Shown here piece after piece: positions 12,500-24,659 of a DNA stretch of 64,000 nt. Below the pieces are notes generated by a model. It was not told the DNA's origin, searched no databases, and worked only from the letters and a program-made list of their open reading frames with translations. The stretch covers positions 11,780,001 to 11,844,000 of the forward strand of contig JAQFVV010000002.1 of NCBI GenBank assembly GCA_028023455.1. The letters are read 5' to 3'. The position numbers and the translations under genes are program-made. The stretch's first letter is position 1, and the number at the start of each line of letters is the position of its first letter. The stretch is from Epiperipatus broadwayi. Lineage: Eukaryota > Animalia > Onychophora.

Positions 12500-12935
12500 A
12501 AGATCATATGATGTTAAAGCATTCAAATGGCAGATGCAATACAACAATTTCACTCAAGTGACCCAATTCATTTTTTTTTACAAATATTCTCTACTAGAAA
12601 TTGATCCAGAATCTTTATATTTTCAAGTCCACCATTCTATCACTAAATTAAAGGTACACAGTTATAAATGAATCCACATGAAATGCTAAAATGAATGAAA
12701 TAAAAAAGTTTTCTGGAATGATTAGACAAGAGAACAATAGATTGTAGAAGCTATATTAAATTTAAGAAGTTTATCCTGCAATAAATTGGTTAATAGGTAA
12801 AATTTTATGATGATAATAAAGTACTACATGTGTCAATAGATTCTTATTAGTTGTTTTCTGTTAGATTTTGGAATAATAATAAAAAAACAATTTAATCTCT
12901 TGGTGTGACTTTGTCTTTTATTATGATAAGACTGA

Positions 12936-13305
12936 TAGATCATCATCATCAACCATTATCAATCCACTGCAGGATGAAGGTCTCTCCAAGTTTAATCCAT
13001 CTTCTCCAATCTTTAGCTTCTCTTCTCCACATCACCCCTGCACACTTTCTTATTTCATCCATCCATCTCACATGTGATCTCTTTCTGGGTCTTTTACAAT
13101 CTCTTGAAATCAGTTTAAAATTTCAAATGTCCATCTATTATCATCTCTTTTAGAAATATGTCCAGCCCAACTCCACTTCAATCTTTTAATTTTTTCAATG
13201 AGGTCAGTAACACCTGTTTGTTCTCTTACCCATACATTGCGTTTTCGATCTCTTCTTGTTACTCCCAACATACATCTCTCCATACTTCTTTGATATTCTT
13301 ATATT
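12936..13305 (-). mobile_element. RTE LINE 3' end with (TGA)n tail
   Basis: Minus translation QRSMERCMLGVTRRDRKRNVWVREQTGVTDLIEKIKRLKWSWAGHISKRDDNRW; ends in tgatgatgat. Confidence 0.9.
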
Positions 13306-15694
13306 TTGCATGAGTAAACTTCTTGATATTCATAAAAAATTGTTAAAAATCAAAACAAATTACCACATTAGATTTTAAAATCAGTGTTGATGTTATTCAC
13401 ATCACAGTAATAGTTATAATATTTCTGTTTAGCAACATTTTCCAGTATTTCTAAAAGAAATAAAATTTTCAATGAATGCCAAAAATACATGCATGTGTTT
13501 AATTAAACTGACTATTAAAACAAATGTCAATATAGTCAGTAAGAATTATTAATTAGGAATTATATTTATAAGTTAATTTCATCTTGTGAATAAATCTATA
13601 AGAACATCACATAGACAAAAAAAAAATAATTAATGAACTGCAAGCACATAAAGTAAGGTTCTTAATTTTACTAATTCATGCAAATTTTGTTGAGTTTCAG
13701 GAATCCTTAAATAATGCAACTTAAATGATATGTATATTGTGAATTGTATAAGATTATAATAAAATTCCTTATATAATCAAATGCCATATAAATAAAACAT
13801 ATATATATATCTTTAAACAATTGATCATTAAAAGATATGGAGCAAAATATTAAATACTTCCAATTTTTAAAAATATTAGATATCAGATAAGAGTATTCTG
13901 ATTTTTCTACAGTAATATATGTGTTGATTTATTTATATATTTTTTATGTATGTATATTTTTATTCCTCCTTTTTTAAAAATTACTGATGCTATTTTTTTA
14001 ATTGATTGTTATGATTTTCATTTTATTATAAACGTTTGTTTTTATATACTTTATTATATAAATAATCATATTTTTATATATAAATAAACAGTGCATAAAA
14101 ATCAATTCTTGTCTGAGAAGTTGGGATTTTTTGCATTTCTATTATTTGTAAATAATAAAAGCAAAAGTTATTATTACCATATATATAAGAATATACTTTT
14201 TGTTGATGTGTAAGAAATTCTAAGAATTTGACATCTTTAATACTATGATCTTATATGTCCAATGACTCATTTAATATTGCTGGAATACAGATATAATGCC
14301 ATTATTTCCCTAGAAGAAGCTGCCATTTGTTTGGTTTTCAGACTTATTGCACACACATTCATTCTTGTGATGATATATAGATTTCAACTGTCTTATAAAT
14401 AGATAGTTAGCCTCTTCATCTTTCAATATTTTTTTTTGCGATTTTTATCTGCCAACTGTTTGAGTTGGTCATATATACACTTTTTGGCTTTCAGCATTTC
14501 AAGTTTAGGTTTTATAGAGATTGTATCCTCCATCTTGTGTTGTATTTTATCCAGATCATTACCTTAAAATATATTGGGCAATAAAAAATATCAATGAATA
14601 TTTAAAACTTTATAATCCTTTTCCTACTTCATTTCTGTTTGAGAGTACATGTCATCCAATAGTATTTCATTTCTTTTGATTTCCATCTTGACATTTCAAA
14701 TACTAATATAAAAAAAATCTTGTCAGCAAGTTTTGTCAATTTCTCTGTTTACCTGTTCAAAAAACCTGATCAATTTCTTTGTCACTTGATCAAATTGCTA
14801 CAGATTGTAATTGCAATGTCCATCATAGCAGCAAAAAGCTACACCAATCCTTTTTTGTTTTGCAAGTCGGAATATTAGATAGTAAATTCTCCTGTCCAAA
14901 TTATTTTATTTCACTAACTCTTCAAATATTAAATTGTAAGTAATTATTTATTTACCATATGAAGTTTTCTTTATTCAAGCTCCACATATAGCAGGTATCT
15001 AATAAAAATATTTTAGTCATAGGGGTTTTTCTTTTTTCCATACAATCATCATGGTATCTAGATATTCAAATGTCATTAATTTAGCACTGTATATAGCATA
15101 ATAAAAAGTAAAACACTCTTAAAATAGCATCTTGTAAGGATAATGTTTTTCCAAATCTCTCTCACAGAGTAACAATGAAAGAAAAGCATTTCATGACAGG
15201 TTTGCCACTGAGGGAGTGAGAAGCATTCTATTCTTCTTTCAATTTAAAATAGCTTCATACCTATTTGGCAACTAATATTGTATGATTGACTGGATTTTCT
15301 GTGTATTCTATCTGAAAGAAAAATTCAAGCCTGATTAAAATCTGAAAAAATATTTTAGCTTATTTAGCCCAAATGTGAATCCAGGTTGTAAGGTATAATA
15401 GATTGATACATTACGTTTAAACTATAAATCTTATTATCAGGGGATAACAATATTGTAAATATATATATATATGCAAGCTTTGTGGTCTGAATGCAATGAG
15501 TTCATTGTTATACTATTTAAATATAACTGCTGCTTTCTTAGTAAAGCAAAGCATTATGTATTTTAAAATTAATGATTATGATCATACAACCATATCTTCA
15601 TTAACATATATTATGTGAACATTTGTTTGAATACTTATATTAAATTATAAAAATAAACTTATTTCATAAAACACACATATATATATAATATCAG

Positions 15695-16112
15695 ATCTTT
15701 CTCAATAACTTAATATTAAAAGGAAATATGTATATGTCTTTGAAAATAAAGGTTTTAAAAAAATGTATTTTATTAGTTCTTGCTTATGGATCTAAAACCT
15801 GGATACTCAGCAGAAAAGCAATGCAGAGACTTTACCAGTCAATGAAATATGGAGAGATGTATGTTAGGAATAACAGGAAAGAATCAAAAATAAAATATAT
15901 GGATAAGAGAACAAATAAATATTAGTGACATCATTGAAAATATTAAGAGGCTGAAATGGAGCTGAACTGAACATATTTTTAGAAGAGTTGATAATAAGTT
16001 GAAAACTTAAATTGGATCCCAATAGATTTAAAAAGAGACCACATGTGATAGACAGATGAAATAAGGAAATTTGCTAGTGTGACAAGAGATCGGAAAAAGT
16101 AGAGTAAACTAG
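15695..16112 (+). mobile_element. RTE LINE C-terminal fragment
   Basis: LKIKVLKKCILLVLAYGSKTW, followed by ERCMLGIT and IKRLKWS motifs; homologous to 12936-13305 and 46065-46520. Confidence 0.85.
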
Positions 16113-17336
16113 GATAAATATTAAGCTTGCAAGGAATCGATAATGCAAAGAAAATGATGAATTATTATTGTGCATAATTATGCAATTAGATATTTAAATA
16201 GAAATGATACGATATATAAACTTTTATTTCTTCAGAGATTAACAACAAATAATTTAAATTATGTGAAACATTTGATGTCACTTTTAATTAATTTTTTTTT
16301 ATTGATTTATTTTTAAACATTTGAGGCCATATATTATGTTTTAAATATATTTCTTTTTTGAACTTCGAAAATAAAATACTTCCTTTTTAGCAGACACATA
16401 CAAATTTGATATTTTAGTTGTTTTCTGCAATTCTCGTTTAAAATTCTTTCTAGAATTAGTGAATTTTTTTTTTTTACAAAAATAAATTTTTAATAACATT
16501 CTTTCTATCTCTAAAATGTATATATCTATATGAATGGGTAGATGTACATAGTTTATGTATAATGAACTTGTGTTTATAGTTATAAAAGTATAATGGTAAA
16601 ATAATAATATATATGATAAATAAATCATATTTACATACTCATTACCAGAGAAGTATCTTAAGTGCAATACTTGAATTATTTTTAAACATGAAGAATTCTT
16701 CAAAAGTTCGGGTAAAATTAAATGAAATTATATAATATTTTACAAAATGAAAATGTTTAATAAGAATTCTGCAAAAAATAAGGAATAAAACAAATGCAAT
16801 CAAATATATATATACAGCTAAGTCCAGCTGTTTATTAATTATCAGACACCAAATAGACATCTAGTTATTTTTAGCTAGAAGATAAAGCAAAGAAAGCAAA
16901 AGTCTCATCTCCAGCATTTTAACAGTAAATATTCTCTTTTTCTTCATTGTTTCTTCTGCAGAGAAATGCTTAAATGACATATTCTCAGCAGTAGTTTATT
17001 AAAAATTCCTTTTATCTTTTTATTTTTAAAAGTAAATTTATTGACTATGAGTACAAAGAAGAGATAGTAAAGCAAATACAAAGGGAAAAAACAACTAAAT
17101 TGACTTGAATCATAATGAGTGTTCAGACAGTTTGAGCAACATGCACTCTTTTCAACAGTCTTGTCATTCTTTTTAAAATTGAGGGTTCACTATCTTTACT
17201 TGATAAAATATGGGCAGTGAAACAAAACACATTCCCCAGCCTTATGATCATTATAGAAGACATGATCCTTTGGCTCTCAAAAAATGGGCACACCTAACCA
17301 TGGCTAGAGCCATCTTAGTGGCTTATGTAGAGTGAC

Positions 17337-17378
17337 TTTTGGACAACTTATTAAGGATTTTGGACAACTTATTAAGGA
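17337..17378. repeat. Perfect 21-bp tandem duplication
   Basis: ttttggacaacttattaagga x2; frame-preserving within the putative decayed exon. Confidence 0.95.
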
Positions 17379-18333
17379 AACCCTCCAGCACTGACACAAA
17401 AACTATTCTGTCAACACCACAAGTTTCCAGGTATCATTATAAATTCTTTCCAGCCAAATCATATGATCCCTCTTTCTGACAGCCTTGATCTTGCACAAAA
17501 GATGGCATCTCATTGTCCAGACTATATAGTTCATCATGATTGACAGTCTAATTATTCCCAAAGATTCCAGTTTTCTGGCATTCATTCCTTTTTTAGTATT
17601 ACATTTGAAATATTTATTTTGGAAATTATTCTCACCATTTTCAATGTAAGTAGCATTTTTCAATAGTAAATATTTATAAGTTCAAATTAATTTATAAGTA
17701 TACAAAAATATATATAATCATTATATTTATAGCAGAAATAGAGAAATAATGTATAGTTTAGATATAAAATGTTAAATTATTTTCAATGCATCATGGAAAT
17801 AAATTATCTTCATAACTTTGATCCAAAATAAAAATTAAATTACAAATTGGGTAAATGCTATGATGTGCCATTCATAAATATCTGGCTCCATTTTGTTTTC
17901 CCTATAAATCATCATAAAAATACAAATAAAGCTTACTAAGCTCAGCATAATAGGATGCTACTAGCATTACATAAAAAAATCATGAAAGTACATAAAAACA
18001 TGCATAACACATTCAAATCTACATAACGTTAAATAAAACTAGCATTACATTTTGGTTTAATAATCCATTCAATATTTTATACTTTCTTTTACAAATGCAT
18101 TGATAGTGAAAAAAATAAATCACTTTAATGTTTTAAGACCATGGACATTTTACTTGTCTAACAATATAAATTTGTTGATAAGTCAGTTAATATATTATAT
18201 ATGTTAACGATCTCAGTGATAAACTATTATAAGACAATTTAACTTTCTTGATATCTAACTTGATATTTATAAACTTTTTATATTTTTCTTCTTACCCATA
18301 TTGCCACTCATTCATTCTCTGTCTTTATTCCAG

Positions 18334-21060
18334 ATTTGAAATTCCAATAAATATTGAGTACAATATCATATAGAAATTTGCAAATGAAACAGAAGAAAAA
18401 AGTTTTCTTCCAAGAAAGGTATAATATAATGTATACATGGTGTTTGTGCTATCTTATATTAATTATAGTTTATTTTAATGGTAGGTAAGTATCATTTAAA
18501 AAAATAAAATAACCATCAGACAAATAATTTCAATAAGGTAATATTGACACTGAAATTGATCTTTTAAAAAAAGGAAAAAGTAACGTAATAAATTAAAAAA
18601 TTGAAATATAACAAATTCAAAAATACTAGTTCTGTAATTATTAAAGATTAAATAAGTTAAATGATGAGAGAAGAAATTATAAATAATCACAAAACATCAG
18701 AATTGTCATAACTAAAATGAAAATTAAAAATGAATGGTCAGTTATTTGTTGGAATATGCTTTTCTACAAAAGCAAAAAATAGACTATAATAAAAGTAAAA
18801 AGTAATCAGAAGGAAAAATTAACAACTGTAATGAAATGAAAATAATAATAAAAATGATTTATTAAGAAAAATATATACTAACAATGAATTTGACTGCATA
18901 TTTATTTAGAAATAACAGAAATATTACAAATATGCTAAGTAGAAATTATGATAGGCCAAGAAACATCATGAAAAGTAGTAAAATTAAAAAATTATTGTAA
19001 GAAAAAAGTATATATAATTTTCTACAATATTGTCAAAAATATAGAATAGATCAAGAATATAGCTGTAAAGGATATATGGACCTAACATTTTAACACAGAC
19101 AATATTGATAATCAGAGTTTAAATTTTTAATATTTGACAAAATAATTTAAATACAATTACTCATTGAAAAAATAATTATCAACAAGTTTTAAATAGCTAA
19201 TGAGAAATGAAATTGAGACTAAGTTTAATTCTAATGCAAAAATAAATAGTCAATAAATAAAATAAATATTTGCTTTAGAGAAAGGTGGAGTTTGTAATAA
19301 ATTATAAAACAATAATACCATGTATGTTTAATTTTATATATGTCAAATTTGTTCAAAGGCAGGTTTATTTATTTCAATAAGCTTTATTTCAGACTGAGAT
19401 GAAACAAAAAAGAGGCAAGTGTGTGACAGTGAAAATTATATCTTTATATACATACACACACAGAACACTTTTAAATTTTTTTATTTCAGAGCAAAAATCA
19501 GATCAGAAATTTCTCCATACAGAAACAGTGACTGCAGTATCAATCTGATATCCTTAACTTAATAGTATTACTGAAGATCTCTTCTCTTCAAACACTAAGA
19601 TTCTTCTATCTTTTTTCCTTCGCACATTCGTGAGCTCTTATATCTCTATCATGAATTTTGATTATCAAGACTTTCATCCCTTTAAAAATTATTAGTGTAT
19701 TGCAAATAATAAACATATTCATAACTTCTATATCATCATTCACAATCAATTTTATTTTTGACCATGGTCGGTTTATCCATTTTAAAAATTATCACTGAAT
19801 TCCATACACCAATCACATACATGACCATTAAAAGCAGAATTCATAATCGAAAATCCATGTTTATGAAATAAATATTTCTCATCAGCTTAGTCACATAATT
19901 GTTTTTTCATATGATTTTATAAAAAATCCCAAACTGAATAATTTTTATGGTTTTTCCTTTTTACCTTAGCTAAGAATATAGAGACACCCATTTACTGACT
20001 AATTACTGGATTTTATTGGATTGATCATGGGCTGGCTATATGCAAAATTTCCAAGTTTCATCTAGATTCAAATCTCTGATCACGGGCTTGGCATATAAAT
20101 GAACCAACTATCAGGGTCATCACATGGAAAAGAGGCACCTTTGTTAAATAAATTTTGGTATCCCTAGTCCTATGAATGAACAGAGCCAGTCTGAGGATGG
20201 TGGGATAGAACAACACCTCACATTTGTCAAGAACCTGGTCCTGCATGATCTATATCTTTTGTGAAAATCAAAAAGTTAAACATTTTATCACATGTTAAAT
20301 GAAACTACATTTACTTTTGTTTGCCAAAATTCTGTAATTTGTATGCCTACAATGAATATCATATGTGGTGTAATATAATTGTAAAAGCACTGATTATGGC
20401 AGGGATGGGAAAATAGCGGCCCAAGGGCCACATGTGGCCCACCAAGACAATCAGAAAAATCCACCTTGAACTAATATTTCCTTTCCATGTGTGACCAAAG
20501 ATTTATCTTGTACTTTCCACTTGGATGGCCATGTCAATACACATGTGCAGTATAGATATGATGTGCAGTGCTTTTCCAGTTGATCTGGTTAATTTCAATT
20601 TTGTCTTTGCATTGGCAAATATATACATTTCCAACTTTAGTGAAACTATGAACCCTCCAAAAAAATGTAAAATTGGTGATGAATGTCATGTGTTTAATGA
20701 AAAATGAACCAACAAATATTTTTTTGGTAATACAGGGAATAAAGCAGTGTGTTATATTGTGTCATGAAAAAAAGGTGCGGCCCTCTGCTAACCTTCACTT
20801 CCACAAAGTGGCTCCCAATGCGGCCCTCTGACAACCTCTGTGGCCCCCAAACCAAAACAATTGCCCACCCCTGGATTATGCAATAAAGCAGATTTTTCAG
20901 TTACATTATTTAGCTAAATGTTTCACAATGTTTTAGTTTTATTTATGTGAAATCAGGATAGGTCAAGAAGGATTGTCTTTATTAGCAATTCTATGTATTG
21001 AATTAGAATTTGCAAATAAATAAATGAGAATGATATTATTAATGGATCTGAAATAAAACA
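18334..21060 (+). pseudogene. Scattered exon-like segments with stops (unidentified)
   Basis: AG/GT-bounded pieces ~18334-18418 (FEIPINIEYNII*KFANETEEKSFLPRK), ~19489-19630 and ~20957-21060 (IGQEGLSLLAILCIELEFANK); no recognisable family. Confidence 0.2.
20400..20873. mobile_element. hAT-type MITE
   Basis: TIRs cagggatgggaaa / ttgcccacccctg; 8-bp TSD gattatgg / gattatgc; subterminal gcggccc and tgtggccc motifs. Confidence 0.85.
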
Positions 21061-22058
21061 TTGAAGAAAATGAAATATATTTTTTTTGTATTATATGTAC
21101 TTTATTTTGTTTCTCAAATAGTGATTCAAAATGATATTTGTAATAAATAAATAAATATTTATACATTATAATTATCAATTTGTGCAATTTTAATACATCT
21201 ATATATGCATGTAAGATAATTTATTTTTTAAAATATCTAAATGTTTTTTCCATGTGAAAAAAGACTACCTCCTCCCTCTAACCCAGGAAATAAAATTAGT
21301 TAATTAAAACAAAATAAATTCTATATCATTTTGTTTAAAAAAACATAATAAAATATATTAACATTTTATCTTTTTACTTGCGTATTAACTCTCCTGACTA
21401 TGGTAGCTGCAATATGAGAAATAAGAATCAGCTTTAACTAAATTAATTCTAATCAACATATTAATTAGCTAAAAATAATTCTTATTTTTTTTACTTACAT
21501 ACATAACTTGTTATGATTCTATTAATAATGTTAGCTTCTCAAATATTAGTTCAATAATAGCATACTTACACTACTTCATGATTTAGTTTTTTGTATGCTT
21601 AATAATTTCAATATAAAAACTTAGTCACACTATATATTAAGATATCTAGGATTTTAAAGATTTGCATTACATTTATTAAAGGGAAGAAATTTTCACACTT
21701 AAATAGCTTATTCTTTACATTTTTAGAAGCCACTATACCATGTTTTTCACTTTCTTTTGTTTGATGATAGATTATAATAACTAAAAAAAAAAAGATCAAA
21801 CAATCAGTTTCTTCCACTGAAATAGATAATTTTGTAAGCACTTTCCCAATAGAATGATTACAAATGATGTTGTATAGTTGTTACAATCAACAGAGGGGCA
21901 TTAAATGCTAATCATATTTTAATGAAATGTGTGCAATAATATCTTTTGAAAAATTGTTTTTTTTATTATTATTATTTATTCCTTGGATTTTGGACCATCA
22001 TGTATTTGGGTAATTTTATGTATCAATTAAGAATTTTAATAGTAAAAATCAGTCATAT

Positions 22059-22454
22059 ATCACATGACCTATATAGCTTGTATTACCAATATGTAATATA
22101 TAAAAAGCCTGCTACTAGCTCTAAACAAGCTTAATTATTTTATTTTTTATGATAAATGCTACAAGAGAAAATACATGAAGCTTTTATCTATGATGGTCCC
22201 CATCCCCAGACCGTTTTCGAGCTATGGCTCTCATCAGTGAGGAGCTAGGACATAAGATTCAAAATATTAACTCAAGCCAAGCATTTATCTAATTCTTAAA
22301 TATTAAGAAAAAGATCCAAATCTTCAGACACCTACATGTCTTCAAATTCAGCTCTTTAACCAAAGAAACTATATGAGCCTGAACTAAATTCAGAGATCCC
22401 ATATATTAGTAGGCTTAGCAATTTAATATAGCCAAAGCCCTAATAGCAAAATTA
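22059..22454 (-). mobile_element. Family F HHR-bearing retro-insertion (related to family G)
   Basis: Perfect 22-bp direct repeat taatagtaaaaatcagtcatat at 22037-22058 / 22455-22476; body similar to 29910-30170; 3' tail ends in catgtgat as in families A and G. Confidence 0.8.
22203..22243 (-). ncRNA. Minimal type-I hammerhead motif (family F)
   Basis: tcctca CTGATGA gagc cata gctc GAAA acgg TC tgggga; perfect 4-bp stem II; helix III is one change from the palindrome ACCGGT. Confidence 0.75.
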
Positions 22455-24408
22455 TAATAGTAAAAATCAGTCATATTTTAACAAATTCCTCAATAATCCA
22501 AATCCAATAAAAAGAAGATAACACATGTAAACAAAGTTATATTGATATTAACAATAATATTAGTAGTAAAAAGAAAAAAAAAGATATCAGTATTGAAAAA
22601 AGTATGAGTCTACATTGAAATTGATCCCGCAAATTCTGATGCTCTAACCCTGCAGCCATACTAACATCATGATAGAAAAGTTTATAAAATATGACTGATA
22701 AACTAAATTATCTACTATGCACAATTATTATGAGGTAATGTTTTGAATAAGTTATTTTTAAAATAAATTACTAATAGTAATGTTTCATATTTTACATAAA
22801 CTAGAATGTTTAAATAAAAGTTAGAAATCTAATCATTTTCATTTGCATATAACTTTTATTAATTATCACAGTGAAATGGCAAAGGTCTGTTTGGTTTAAC
22901 ACAATGAAAGACAATATACTATTTAGTATATTTCAAATAATTGTCACAAGTCAGAGTAAGAAAGTAATCCTTTAATATTTAGAAAAAAAAAAATTTGCAA
23001 TTAGAACATGTTTTTAACAATGGAGTGATTCAGAAATCGTCATTAACATATAAATTTTATTATTTATAGTGGCAAAATGGCGCCCATATTTTCAATATAG
23101 CTCAAAAGTAGAGTATATAATATTTAATATATTTTGAACAATTTAAGTAAAAAAGTAATTCTCTTATATTTGAATAAAAAATATTTACAATCAGAATATG
23201 TTTCAAATAATGAAATGACCAGTAAATTTAAGCATTTTCATTTACATATAAATTTTATTAACTATTGTTGCGATTTGACCCCCCCCCCCGGTGATGAAGC
23301 ATCTTTGGCCCCACTCAATCTGCACACCTGTAAATGGTGACCCTGACAACTACTATATAAATATATAAGATGACTGTCTTTATTAGTTAAGTCTAATTTG
23401 AAATGTGCTTTTGAATTTTAATCTAAAAATATATATCTTGATCGATTTCAATACACAGACATAAATATACATATTTGTATAAAAGAAAATACAGAAAAAA
23501 GACTTATAATATCCATTTTTCAAATAAAAATGAGAATAATATTTCAAATTCAATACAAAGAACAAAAAAGTTTATTTAACTATGCATTTAAAAGAATCTT
23601 TAAGCTTCCTTTTTCATCCTTTACAAGAGAGGGAGGGGCCAATACTAAAAGGAATAATATGTTTTAAGGCATAAATACAAAGTAATTTGAGAAAAACTTT
23701 CTTTAAAATATCTTATTAAAATGAAAAGATTATAAAAGGTCTAAATTATTGAGACAGAAAGAGAAAAAAAGTTAAAAATCGTTTAATATACAAAATATCT
23801 TTTTTCTATTAAATATATATTTGCCATAGTAAAAAAAATATCATGCTGATATGTATATATCATTTCTCTTTTCGAACGTGTGTTTAGCTTGCATAAAAAA
23901 ACTTTATATATATTTAATAACAATAATATGAGCACATAAATATAAATGTGCTTATGTGTAAGTACTTTATTGCCTAGTGTATGATCATGCCTCTACATGA
24001 GCCTATATTTGAAAGAATATTCACTACTATATGTTTTAGGAAATTAAAAATCGAATTTGTACTAAAATTAATTAAAATTATTGAAAGTTAGTGTATGCAC
24101 GCCCATTCTAATCAACAAACAACATGAAAATGTAAAAGTTGTGTATAAAACATTAATGTATTAAATATGTCATTAACATATATAAAACAGACCATTTATA
24201 TTCAGATTATTGCTGAAAAAAGCTTAGATTTTTAAAAATTATTTATAAATGATTGAAATAACTGAAACACAGGCTTGTTATATACCTGTGGCTATATATA
24301 TGTAATATAGGGTATATGAGCACAGACTTTCACACCACCCACCTCTCTCCACTCTATCTAATAACACTGATACACCTAAACACATATATGCTGAAAAGAC
24401 AAATAATC

Positions 24409-24452
24409 ACCAATATACGTATTTCATGCTAAACCAGCAATCATCAGTTGGT
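24409..24452 (-). ncRNA. Hammerhead motif (family B, left arm)
   Basis: Reverse complement of 24616-24659. Confidence 0.65.
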
Positions 24453-24615
24453 CCAGACTATCATCTTTACACACATATATAGTATAAGTGCTCAGATATA
24501 TATTAAGTTGGAGTGTGGAGTGGATTGAAGCCTGTCCATTAAACTATGAGGATAGTCTATCTTAATAGATATCTGAGCACTTATATTATATATGTGTGTA
24601 AAGATGAGAGTCTGG

Positions 24616-24659
24616 ACCAACTGATGATTGCTGGTTTAGCATGAAATACGTATATTGGT
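24616..24659 (+). ncRNA. Hammerhead motif (family B, right arm)
   Basis: accaa CTGATGA t tgct ggttt agca t GAAA tacgta TA ttggt; stem I 5 bp, helix III palindrome ATACGTAT, predicted cleavage 3' of 24654. Confidence 0.65.

Larger units (their letters stand above)
14310..17620 (-). pseudogene. Decayed Cys/His-rich gene (RING/IBR-like fragments plus a coiled-coil-like segment)
   Basis: Fragments HCPYF, ACCSNCLNTHYDS (~17100-17230), KCWR*DFCFLC (~16890-16930), YHDDCM (~15040-15060), and NDLDKIQHKMEDTISIKPKLEMLKAKKCIYDQLKQ (14460-14560); many stops and frameshifts. Confidence 0.3.

Noticed and set aside
12905-13153. ORFs 12905-13153 and 46050-46388 with similar peptides
   Set aside because: Antisense shadows of RTE 3' fragments, not a gene family.
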